Below are positions 31,529-40,428 of a stretch of DNA of 64,000 nt, in pieces. The translations under genes were made by a program, and so were the position numbers. Each line of letters opens with the position of its first letter. Position 1 is the stretch's first letter. The stretch comes from Promethearchaeota archaeon (GTDB taxonomy: Archaea > Asgardarchaeota > Lokiarchaeia > Sigyniarchaeales > SOKP01): contig JAUVNS010000016.1 of assembly GCA_030599585.1 (NCBI GenBank), forward strand, positions 1 to 64,000. The letters are read 5' to 3'. The notes below the pieces were generated by a model that saw only the letters and a program-made list of their open reading frames with translations, had not been told where the DNA came from and ran no database searches.

Positions 31529-31617
31529 TTACTTTACACCACAAAGCTTACTTTACACCACCAGGTTGCGCGTAACTCGCTGAACTTACTTTACACCACC
31601 AGGTTGCGCGTAACTCG
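31529..31617. repeat. Direct repeats: 33-bp perfect unit x2 plus a third 14-bp partial copy
   Basis: CTTACTTTACACCACCAGGTTGCGCGTAACTCG at 31547-31579 and 31585-31617; TTACTTTACACCAC also at 31529-31542. Confidence 0.95.
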
Positions 31618-31711
31618 TTTCTCTCCGTAGCACAACGATTTTGGATATGAATCCTTCGGTTTAATCTTTGTGCGACTGCGTTTCACTAAAGTGTCGCAAC
31701 CAGATATTAAC

Positions 31712-31930
31712 TTATTTTGATAAGTCGCATTCAATAGAATAACAATTCTCTCCAAATTTGTCTTCCTTAGTAAAATAAGCTAATTCGTTATTATTGCGCT
31801 CTTTAATTACTCTTAGGTAGAACCTATCGTTTTCAATCCAAATTTTATCAGCGTAAATTCCATCAATATCAGGCTCTTCACCTCCTTCCGGATTGAACAC
31901 GTTTAGCAAAAAAATATTATTATACACCAT
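31712..31930 (-). CDS. Small hypothetical protein (CpG-poor)
   Basis: 72-aa ORF with GAGG RBS. Confidence 0.55.
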   Translation of the reverse strand: MVYNNIFLLNVFNPEGGEEPDIDGIYADKIWIENDRFYLRVIKERNNNELAYFTKEDKFGENCYSIECDLSK

Positions 31931-32068
31931 ATCTCTTTTTTCCTCTTGTTGTTTTATCTGAGGTTTAAAAATTTGTTAATTTTTTTAATAGTAGAACTCT
32001 TTTGATCATTTAAATTTTTAAGAATTAATTAGAAACACATTGCGCTAAAAGAAAAAGAAAAAGTAATT

Positions 32069-33856
32069 TTACGGATCGTCTAAAAACGACGAGTATTTAC
32101 CGTTATATTTTGTTGTTGATACGTTAACAGACTTAGCTTTGACTTGCTCGGGTTCAAACATGTTTTTAAATTCAGGTTCGCTTCGTTTCGTGTCAATGCT
32201 ATTTTTTAAAGATTTGACTTCGACTTGTTCAATTACCCCAAACGAGGCTTCCTTTCCTAAACACTCGTATCCAAACTGAGCCATCAACTCGTCCGTCAGC
32301 TCTTCCTTAAAATCGAGTAAATCGGTTTCGTTAAATTCCAAAGTTTGTTGGTAGTATGGCGTTTTTACTTGAACCACGAACTCCTTTTTAGTTTTATAGG
32401 CTCTGAAGTATAAGAACGCGAGCAAGGAAAGGTAAATCCCTAGGACAGCGAACCCAACGGTGTTAAGTAACCTCAATAAAAAATACATTTCGGCAAAATA
32501 AATTACTAAAAGCGCTACTGCGTACCCGAAGATAGGAATTGAAGCGTATCTTACGCGAGAGTTAAGCTCGACTTGTGATTTTTGATAATCTTTAATAGAA
32601 CTCTTTTTTTTCGTTCTCTTCTCGATCATTTTGTATTTCTTCTCTAAAAATTTAACCAGAGGAGGAACATCGGTGCGAACAACTGCGTGAAGGTTCGAAG
32701 TTCTTTGGTACGGAAAGACCAGCGATTTTTCCATGCTTTTAGGAGGGGCGTTGCACACTAAGATAGGTTCGATAACGACTTTATATTGCGTGGTTCCAGA
32801 GAGAAACACCAAATTTTTATTTCCGAAGCTTTTTTCCGATCGTAATTCTAGTTGTAAATATTTTTGGAAGAACTGAAGAATAGTAGTATCGTTTGCCACG
32901 TCTTCTTGGATATTATTTCGGACTTGGAATAAATTCTGGGTAATTTGTTTTACGTCGTTAAAAGCTCGCGAATCTTTGTTGTTCCGATAATCTTTCAATT
33001 CTATCTTGGTTTCGTCAACTAATACCGTTCCGCTTCCTTCAAACCGTTTCACAGGAAACAGAAACAAAATTTTAAGGTTATTCGAAACCCCCACTAGTTT
33101 ACACCCGAGATAGTCGAGGTTCTTCGTAAACTCACTTAACGATTCTAACGAGTCAGGGATTTCGTAACACCCTAAATCTTTGAACGTTTCTCTAATTTCG
33201 AAAGCTCTACTTCTAGAAAGTCCTGCGTCTACGGTAATTGGTTTTGTGGCAGTAACTTCGATTTCTTCTTCTACTCCTTTTTGTTGTTCTGGCTGATCTT
33301 GTTCCGTTAACATCGCGCGACTAGTATGTTTTATTTCTTGCGAAGCTTCTTCTTCGTATTCAACTACTTCCTCCTCTTCTTCCTCGTATTCAATTACTTG
33401 CTCAACCTCTAGTTGACCACCGTAATCAACGATTTCAGGGAATTGAATTGCTTTTGGTTTGCTTGCGCTAAAGTCTTCTTCCGCCTGAACTTCTTCGTAA
33501 GAATTTTGTGTCTCTTCTACGATTAGTTCTTCCACTTCGTATTTTTCAACTTGGGTTGGTAATAATTCGATTTCTACTGCTTCTTGAATTTGAGGCGTAT
33601 TGTTTGCAATACTTTCTTCTTGAGAACTATCCAAATAATTTTTAGCCGCAGTAATGAATTTTGTGGCGGTGGTTAAACCAATTCCGGGAGTTTCAGAAAG
33701 TCGTTCAGGAGTCATCTCGGCAATTTGTCTTACCGTTACAATTTTTGCGTTATATAATTTCTCGGCGGTAGTCGTACCAATACCCTTGATCTTGGTTAGA
33801 TCGTCTCTAGAAAGCTTAACAACTACGTTTTTTTGGGTTCCGTATACATCTGTCAT
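32069..33856 (-). CDS. Helix-hairpin-helix DNA-binding protein with acidic linker and two C-proximal TM helices
   Basis: DLTKIKGIGTTTAEKL and LSETPGIGLTTATK (HhH x2); Glu-rich linker; TM pair YASIPIFGYAVALLVIYF / TVGFAVLGIYLSLLAFLYF. Confidence 0.85.
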   Translation of the reverse strand: MTDVYGTQKNVVVKLSRDDLTKIKGIGTTTAEKLYNAKIVTVRQIAEMTPERLSETPGIGLTTATKFITAAKNYLDSSQEESIANNTPQIQEAVEIELLPTQVEKYEVEELIVEETQNSYEEVQAEEDFSASKPKAIQFPEIVDYGGQLEVEQVIEYEEEEEEVVEYEEEASQEIKHTSRAMLTEQDQPEQQKGVEEEIEVTATKPITVDAGLSRSRAFEIRETFKDLGCYEIPDSLESLSEFTKNLDYLGCKLVGVSNNLKILFLFPVKRFEGSGTVLVDETKIELKDYRNNKDSRAFNDVKQITQNLFQVRNNIQEDVANDTTILQFFQKYLQLELRSEKSFGNKNLVFLSGTTQYKVVIEPILVCNAPPKSMEKSLVFPYQRTSNLHAVVRTDVPPLVKFLEKKYKMIEKRTKKKSSIKDYQKSQVELNSRVRYASIPIFGYAVALLVIYFAEMYFLLRLLNTVGFAVLGIYLSLLAFLYFRAYKTKKEFVVQVKTPYYQQTLEFNETDLLDFKEELTDELMAQFGYECLGKEASFGVIEQVEVKSLKNSIDTKRSEPEFKNMFEPEQVKAKSVNVSTTKYNGKYSSFLDDP

Positions 33857-33884
33857 AGGGATCGATACGGGTAGAATATAGCTT

Positions 33885-33898
33885 TATTTAAAGGAAAA
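33885..33898 (-). promoter_or_regulatory. Pyrimidine-BRE promoter of the HhH membrane protein gene
   Basis: Minus strand TTTTCCTTTAAATA, 29 nt from the ATG. Confidence 0.7.
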
Positions 33899-34218
33899 GT
33901 TATTTTAAATTTTTTAATATCTCTTTTTTATTTATATAGATACGAAAAATAGTTTTAATATGGTTTTTACCAACTCGCCACCAAGAAATTCTATTCAATT
34001 TTTCATCTTCATTGGACCCCGGAAAATTTTTTTAAATTTTTTTTTTTGCCATAATTAATCACTTTCTTTTTCTTTGCATTGTTTGGTAGGTAAGCCGGTA
34101 AAAACCTCTTTCTTTTTCTTTATTACCTCTTCCAAACATTGGAGAAAGTAAATTACTTTTTAATTTTGATATTTATTACAAAGGAAATTTTAAAAAAAGA
34201 ATAAGATTTAGAATTTAA

Positions 34219-34767
34219 TTATTCCGTCATTACTTCCGTCATTATAGTAATATTCACTATATACGGGTTTGATAGTACACGATATTCAAGATACCAAATG
34301 TCGTGATAAGGGATATTCCAAACCCTTCTAAGATACATATTATTGAAAGACAAAACATCATAAGTAAAATCAGAATCTTTAGCTTCTAACCAAAAATCAT
34401 ACATCGAATCTTGAATTAAATATAGCTCAATATCAACATTATCCGTTTTGTTAACTGTAAATATGACGATGTTATTACTGTATAATTCTAACGTATTATT
34501 AGCAAAAAAACCACTTGCTGTCGTTATATTATAATAATTCTCGATTTCCAATGGATATATTATTGTTTCAGTTTCATTATCTCCGCCAATAATAGTTGTA
34601 GAATTATCTATATTGACTATCGTGGTGTTATTCGTGGTATAATAGTTATTAGTGTAATAGTTGTTTATTGTAGCGTCTTTATTGAACCCCATAATTCCAA
34701 TTGGAAGCGAAACACTTGCGATTGCGATTGCTAATATCAAGCCTACGCTTTTTATATTTTCTCTCAT
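34219..34767 (-). CDS. Secreted or membrane-anchored Asn/Thr-rich protein (CpG-poor islet)
   Basis: N-terminal hydrophobic helix; multiple N-x-T sequons. Confidence 0.7.
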   Translation of the reverse strand: MRENIKSVGLILAIAIASVSLPIGIMGFNKDATINNYYTNNYYTTNNTTIVNIDNSTTIIGGDNETETIIYPLEIENYYNITTASGFFANNTLELYSNNIVIFTVNKTDNVDIELYLIQDSMYDFWLEAKDSDFTYDVLSFNNMYLRRVWNIPYHDIWYLEYRVLSNPYIVNITIMTEVMTE

Positions 34768-34845
34768 TTGTTATCATCTTTTCTTTTAGATGTTTGTCTG
34801 CTCGACCATATCGGGAAATCCGATTATTAATAAATAAAAATTGAT

Positions 34846-35451
34846 TTAATTCTTAATCTTTTCTGCATACACTATAATCACGCCAATACATATAAACCCT
34901 AAGAGAAAAGGTATGATGTTTATTCCTATTTTTATTACATCATCTGGCTGGTTTTCTACAATATCTCTTTCAATCCAAAATTTCCAAGTAAGATGATAAA
35001 GATAACCCTTAGGGTTAAGAAAACCACGTCTTTTTACAAGAACAAATGTGTTGTTGCGATTATCAGGGGAAAAATTACCTACATCATGATATTTTCTCTG
35101 GTCGCATACATCATTATCATCTGGATGTATATAAAAAGCATCTCCTCCCGATCCACCTTCGGGTATCGGTCTAAAATAAAATATGATAGTTAAGCTATCA
35201 CAATTTCCCGAATATATACTATGCCAATATAGTCTATCCCTACCACTTTTAAGTAGAATTGGAATTGAAATGTTGAATAGTATTTCCCACTCTTCTATAG
35301 TACCATTGAAATCTCGCCAATTATCTTTGTCATATGTTATATTACCTTCAAGTGAGTACACTTCTTCAGTTTCCGCATTTACATTCTTAGGTATTCCACA
35401 GAACACCATCAATAGTAATATCCCTATTAATAAAATGTGTTTTTTTCTCAT
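34846..35451 (-). CDS. Surface protein with signal peptide and C-terminal TM (CpG-poor islet)
   Basis: MRKKHILLIGILLL...VNA; hydrophobic C-terminus. Confidence 0.7.
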   Translation of the reverse strand: MRKKHILLIGILLLMVFCGIPKNVNAETEEVYSLEGNITYDKDNWRDFNGTIEEWEILFNISIPILLKSGRDRLYWHSIYSGNCDSLTIIFYFRPIPEGGSGGDAFYIHPDDNDVCDQRKYHDVGNFSPDNRNNTFVLVKRRGFLNPKGYLYHLTWKFWIERDIVENQPDDVIKIGINIIPFLLGFICIGVIIVYAEKIKN

Positions 35452-35503
35452 TTGTTAATTGAATAATTGAGTTTTATGTTTATAAATACATGTTTGCTAC
35501 GGT

Positions 35504-35517
35504 TTTTCCTTTATATT
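35504..35517 (+). promoter_or_regulatory. Pyrimidine-BRE promoter of hel308
   Basis: TTTTCCTTTATATT in a divergent intergenic region. Confidence 0.65.
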
Positions 35518-35581
35518 TGCTCAAACCTAATTGATGTAATGCAAAATAACAATTTAACAAGTAATAGATAAATCGCGAATC

Positions 35582-38122
35582 ATGTCTCTTACAAACTATA
35601 CCGACTCAAAGAGTTCGTCAGACGAGGATGGAACGGAGGAAGAAATATTTGAATACGTTCAAGACGAGCGTATCCTTCGAGTATTATTCGAACAAAAGAT
35701 ATTTAAGCTCCGGCAGATTCAAAAAGAAGCCATCCAAAAAGGTCTTTTCTTTCGAAAGTCTTTCCTCGTAAGCGCACCTTCGGGAAGCGGTAAAACGCTG
35801 ATAGGAGAAATTAGCGCCGTAAACAACGTGTTCCAAAAGTTCGGTAAATCGATTTATTTAGTTCCCTATAAAGCTCTCGCAACCGAAAAATACGTCCATT
35901 TTAAGAAAGCGTACGAACGATTCGGCGTTAAAACCGAGCTATCGATAGGCGATTACGATGTGGACGATTCTCGGTTGGCTAAAGCAGATATTATAGTAAC
36001 TACCTACGAAAAAATGGATTCGATTTTGCGAAACTTCAGCGAAAAAGAATGGATTATCGACATCTCGACTATTATAATCGACGAAATTCACATTTTGGGA
36101 GAATCGAGCGGTTCTCGTGGTCCACGGTTAGAGTCGTTAATCGTGAGACTGAACGAGTTCTTACACCAACCGCAGCTTATAGGACTTTCGGCAACCATAA
36201 AAAATCCCCAATTTTTTAACGAGTGGCTCTCTTCACTTGGTAATAGTTCTACACTTATAATGTCCGACGCCCGTCCCGTTCCTTTACATTATAGCGTAGA
36301 TATAACCCAGAACAAAGACTCCACGATAAAAAAAATAATCAAAACAACTTTAGCAGATAGGGGACAAATCCTAGTTTTTTTAAACAGGAGAAAATCTACT
36401 CAACAAACCGCTCGAAACCTAAAAAATTTGGTGAAGACCCAATTATCCGAAACCGAGTTAAAAGCGTGTAAGAAGATAGAAGAAAAGCTCAATAGAATTA
36501 AAGGAAGACACGCAGAACTTAAAAAGGCGGTTAAGTGTGGGATAGCGTTCCATCACGCCGGATTGCTTCCAAAGGAACGAAAACTAGTAGAAGACGGGTA
36601 TCGAAAACACGTGATTAAAGTGATATGTTGTACAACTACTTTAAGTGCCGGTATTAACGTGCCTGCTCGAGTAGTGGTAGTCAAAGATTTCAAGCGATAC
36701 GTGACCTCAGGGCACAACATTAAAAACTTTTCTGGATACTACGAACAGGGGGACGGCTTCTCCTACTTCATGCCCTTCTCGGCTAATTCCGTGTTTCAAA
36801 TGCTCGGTAGAGCGGGAAGACCGGGGCTTGACTTAGAAGGGTTTGGTTATTTACTCGCAAAGAACGTAGACGAAAGGGATTGGATCGAGGATCATTACTT
36901 CCAAAACGCCCATACTACGGATACCTACGTTCCTAAATACAACGATTTAATTTCGGGGCTCAATAAACTTAACACCTTGAAAGAACAAGTACTATTACGA
37001 ATTTACGAGGAGAAAAATATGACCTTGGACAAGTTAAAAGATTTTTTCCAGAAGACGTTTTTTTGGTTCAGCATAAAAGATAAGATGTCAAAAGAACAAA
37101 TACCGATAGATCAACTCTTAATGATTAAAGAAATAACTCCTGCAAACATACTCAAACTCCACTCACATCCAGAAAAAGTTAAGAAATTAGGTATTAGGCG
37201 TTACCAAATTAAAATTACCAAGCTCACGAAATCTAACGTGTCGGGATACATAAAAACCGATTTTGGAGTCTTTTTTACCGAGTTCGACGTTGATGTGGGA
37301 ATACGATGTTCGTGCGGGTTCGAAAACGGACTGTCAAACAATTACTCTAACGAGCAGTTTTCGTTCGAGTTCTGCGACCACATCACTGCATTTTTGCTCC
37401 ACTTGATCGAAATCCCAGATAAAAACTTTCAAAAATATGTAGAAGATATCGTTCCTAAGTCGGTTAAGAACCAATACGTGCTCAACTATCTTTTTGAAAA
37501 AGGGTTAATCGTAAAGAGGGATAACGGCACCATAAAATGCTCGCAATTCGGAAAACTCATTATAAGGCTTTACCTTTATCCCGTTTCAGGAGTTTTAATA
37601 CGATACAAGCTCGAAAACGCCGCGATTGAAACATACCAAGACGTAATTAAGGAAGCGTACGAAGTGCTTAAATCGGAAATGAGGGTTCGAGACTACAAGT
37701 TGCTCCAACCCATCTTGGAGTGGTGCGACGAAGAACCAATCGACGACATTTTAGAGAGACATAAGATAATGGCGGGCGACCTTTACACTATTAAGGACAA
37801 CTTAGAGCGCATCATAACGTTTATTGGAATTATTGCGGTTCACCTAAGCGAGTCAGATCGAGACATCGCTGAGGCTATGGTTAAAGTAGCGGAGATGTCC
37901 GAGACGCTCAAAATTAGGGTGCATTACGGGATTAGCGAAGAGTTATTCGATTTGGTTTTACGACTGGACAACGTGGCAAGAGTAAGAGCGAGAATATTAT
38001 ATAACGCCGGTTATCACACCGCCACGAAGGTTAAAAGAGAAAATCCTTACGTATTGAATCGAAAAACGGGATTAGGGATTAATTTATGTAAGAAGATTGT
38101 AGGAAAAAAAACACTTTCTTGA
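35582..38122 (+). CDS. hel308: Ski2-like DNA helicase Hel308/Hjm with an inserted SWIM zinc finger
   Basis: APSGSGKT, DEIH, GLSAT, AFHHAGL, TTTLSAGINVPA, QMLGRAGRPG, RVRARILYNAG; insert CSC...CDH. Confidence 0.92.
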   Translation: MSLTNYTDSKSSSDEDGTEEEIFEYVQDERILRVLFEQKIFKLRQIQKEAIQKGLFFRKSFLVSAPSGSGKTLIGEISAVNNVFQKFGKSIYLVPYKALATEKYVHFKKAYERFGVKTELSIGDYDVDDSRLAKADIIVTTYEKMDSILRNFSEKEWIIDISTIIIDEIHILGESSGSRGPRLESLIVRLNEFLHQPQLIGLSATIKNPQFFNEWLSSLGNSSTLIMSDARPVPLHYSVDITQNKDSTIKKIIKTTLADRGQILVFLNRRKSTQQTARNLKNLVKTQLSETELKACKKIEEKLNRIKGRHAELKKAVKCGIAFHHAGLLPKERKLVEDGYRKHVIKVICCTTTLSAGINVPARVVVVKDFKRYVTSGHNIKNFSGYYEQGDGFSYFMPFSANSVFQMLGRAGRPGLDLEGFGYLLAKNVDERDWIEDHYFQNAHTTDTYVPKYNDLISGLNKLNTLKEQVLLRIYEEKNMTLDKLKDFFQKTFFWFSIKDKMSKEQIPIDQLLMIKEITPANILKLHSHPEKVKKLGIRRYQIKITKLTKSNVSGYIKTDFGVFFTEFDVDVGIRCSCGFENGLSNNYSNEQFSFEFCDHITAFLLHLIEIPDKNFQKYVEDIVPKSVKNQYVLNYLFEKGLIVKRDNGTIKCSQFGKLIIRLYLYPVSGVLIRYKLENAAIETYQDVIKEAYEVLKSEMRVRDYKLLQPILEWCDEEPIDDILERHKIMAGDLYTIKDNLERIITFIGIIAVHLSESDRDIAEAMVKVAEMSETLKIRVHYGISEELFDLVLRLDNVARVRARILYNAGYHTATKVKRENPYVLNRKTGLGINLCKKIVGKKTLS

Positions 38123-38185
38123 TTTTTTGTTTAAATGTTTTCACACAATTCTTCTGGTAAAATCGTTTGAAAACTTATCGATACT

Positions 38186-38527
38186 ATGAAAATTAACAAC
38201 CTAGAAATTACCAGAAAAATAGTTCAGATAGTTACCGTTTTAACCGTGGTGAGCTGCGTTCCATTAGCAATATTTACTCCTTGGAGTAAGGAGCGCGTCG
38301 TAGAAGACTACGGTCTTTACGGTTCTATTACTTGGGTTATTCATTTTAACATTTATATCGCTATAGCTTTTTTTCTTCCCGTAGTCGGGTCGCTATTTAC
38401 CAACGGGAGCGTAAAGCGATATTTTAAACAACGCAGAGCCGAGATTAACCCTCAATTTTGCATCGTTTGTGGTAAACCTAACAATTCTACAGGAAAATTC
38501 TGCAATTATTGCGGAACCAACTTGTAA
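38186..38527 (+). CDS. Two-TM protein with C-terminal zinc ribbon
   Basis: Two hydrophobic helices; FCIVCG...FCNYCG. Confidence 0.75.
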   Translation: MKINNLEITRKIVQIVTVLTVVSCVPLAIFTPWSKERVVEDYGLYGSITWVIHFNIYIAIAFFLPVVGSLFTNGSVKRYFKQRRAEINPQFCIVCGKPNNSTGKFCNYCGTNL

Positions 38528-38722
38528 CTCTTTTTTTCCTTTTGTTTTATTTTTGTCTTTTTTTTCTTTGACTTTCCAAGTTTTAGTATGAGGGCCAACT
38601 CGTAAAGATCAAAAAAATCAACTGTTCCTGGCATGATCACTACAAGACAATTTTAGTATTTAAACTATTGTTCTGGAGTAAACCTTTTGCTACGAAATGT
38701 ATGAAAATTAGATTTCACTGGT

Positions 38723-39142
38723 TTACACTTCGTGGAATCGTTCCGCAAGCAAGTCCAAAACCCTTTCTTTCTTAGTTTTTTCGACTTCTTGGCTAAAATC
38801 GCGAAATCTTCTTAAATCAGAGTCCCACTCCTCGGGCAAATTTCGATACATTTCTACAAATTTGTCCCCGAGATATTCTAAGTTTCCTTGAGCTGCTTTT
38901 GAGTTAACGTTTTTTTTGGAAAACCCAACGAATAAAAATTGATCCTTTTTGTAAAAAAAGATCGTGTGCGTTTTAAATTCGACAGATTTCAGTTCTTTTA
39001 CGAATAACGTTTCGTGGAAAGAGATACACGCAAAGAGAAACCCACCAATTAATTGCTCGTCGATAGTAAACGAATTACCCTCGTTAAACACTACTTTTCC
39101 GCTTTCAGAAAGTATTAAAAAATCTGTAAGAAATTGAGGCAT
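38723..39142 (-). CDS. Longin-like domain protein (Asgard eukaryotic-signature family)
   Basis: LILSESGKVVF...LIGGFLFA...LFVGFS...F..F pattern; purine-rich BRE promoter at ~39200-39213. Confidence 0.75.
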   Translation of the reverse strand: MPQFLTDFLILSESGKVVFNEGNSFTIDEQLIGGFLFACISFHETLFVKELKSVEFKTHTIFFYKKDQFLFVGFSKKNVNSKAAQGNLEYLGDKFVEMYRNLPEEWDSDLRRFRDFSQEVEKTKKERVLDLLAERFHEV

Positions 39143-39288
39143 ATTCGTGTCTCCCTAAGTTACCCTATTTTGGTATTATATCGATAATAAAAGGCTTGTT
39201 ATTTAAACTTCCCTAGCGGATATATCTGTTCGATCTATCGTTCCCAAAATTTTTCCTTTTTAACCGTTTACACGTTATTACCTTTATA

Positions 39289-39573
39289 ATGGGATCTAAT
39301 ACCGAAAACGATCCGTTTGCCATTCACGACAAAAAGAAGGTAAGAATCACGGAGTTTTTGGTTTATTTAGAATCAGAAGACGGACAAGACAATTACATCA
39401 TAAAACAGTTTGATAAAACCAAAGAGCAGAACTTAGAGGCGCTTACATTCATCCAAAACCTTATTAAAAGCTATCCCGATATCAATTCAGATCGTATGAA
39501 AGGATATTTGAAACGACAACGTTTTTTTATGAAACTTTACCTAAAAGAAGTAAACAAAGATTCTTCTGAGTGA
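39289..39573 (+). CDS. Hypothetical protein
   Basis: 94-aa ORF; TTTTCCTTTTTAA at 39251-39263, 26 nt upstream. Confidence 0.7.
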   Translation: MGSNTENDPFAIHDKKKVRITEFLVYLESEDGQDNYIIKQFDKTKEQNLEALTFIQNLIKSYPDINSDRMKGYLKRQRFFMKLYLKEVNKDSSE

Positions 39574-39641
39574 AGGCGGTTATTTTCTTTTATATACTTC
39601 TACCAATTATTTGCTGCAAAAATCAATAAGAAGCGATAATA

Positions 39642-39893
39642 TTGGGTGTAGAAGTTAGTAAAAAGAAAGACCACGAACCAATTGTTATTGAAATAGTGAA
39701 TTACGACAACCTCGAAGCGTTGCTGTCGAAGATAGTAATTCCCTTTTCAGAAGTTTTAGGAAATACCAACGTCCCAGATTTATACGCAGGACACGAAAAA
39801 ATACCGTTCGAAAAACGCTACCCGCTTTATCAGACTATTATGAGGCGCGAGTTTGCAGACGCAATCAAAAAATTAGAACCTAAAGAAAAATAG
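39642..39893 (+). CDS. Hypothetical protein
   Basis: 83-aa ORF, TTG start; TTTTCTTTTATATA at 39583-39596. Confidence 0.6.
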   Translation: MGVEVSKKKDHEPIVIEIVNYDNLEALLSKIVIPFSEVLGNTNVPDLYAGHEKIPFEKRYPLYQTIMRREFADAIKKLEPKEK

Positions 39894-39900
39894 CGTTTTT

Positions 39901-40425
39901 CTATTTCTTTTTACGCCTGTAATATGTATCGTCATTCTCAATCTTGATCAGCTCCCCGCTTTTCTTAGCGCTTCGAATTAAAGTTTTTAACTCTATTGCG
40001 GGAATTCCGTAGTCTTCGGCCTTGATTTCGAGCAAGTATTTTGGAAATTGGTTGTATAGGCTCGAGAGCTCTATTACCATTTCGTTAAATTTATCTGTAT
40101 AGTCAATTTCTTTATCTTCGTCCCCCAACTTGATTTTTTTGCTTTTAGGTCTAGCAGTATTACTAGCAGTAATAACAAAATCACCTCCAGAGCGGAACTC
40201 CGGAATCGCTATCTCGTTCTGCTTTCTTTTTACGGCATTCACGGCTTCCGTCATGCCAATTACTTCTTCGCCATCACTCAAAATATCTCGTACTTGGTGA
40301 GTTCTCCCGCACCTTAGACATTTTTTAGTTTTCTGGATAGTTTTTACGTAGGAAAACTCCTGACATTTTTTACAAGCAAACACTAAATACGGTGTTTCGT
40401 CTTTTTTAAAACCAACATCTTCCAT
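39901..40425 (-). CDS. DUF1922-like zinc-ribbon protein with winged-helix-like C-terminus
   Basis: YLVFACKKC...KTKKCLRCG; co-oriented 3 nt after hef. Confidence 0.75.
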   Translation of the reverse strand: MEDVGFKKDETPYLVFACKKCQEFSYVKTIQKTKKCLRCGRTHQVRDILSDGEEVIGMTEAVNAVKRKQNEIAIPEFRSGGDFVITASNTARPKSKKIKLGDEDKEIDYTDKFNEMVIELSSLYNQFPKYLLEIKAEDYGIPAIELKTLIRSAKKSGELIKIENDDTYYRRKKK

Positions 40426-40428
40426 AAT

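Noticed and set aside
31529-31617. Mini CRISPR array
   Set aside because: Only 5 nt separate the repeat copies, and there are no cas genes.
25123-33856. Integrated conjugative plasmid or provirus
   Set aside because: No integrase, relaxase, replication initiator, capsid gene or flanking att/tRNA; genes share the host CpG signature.
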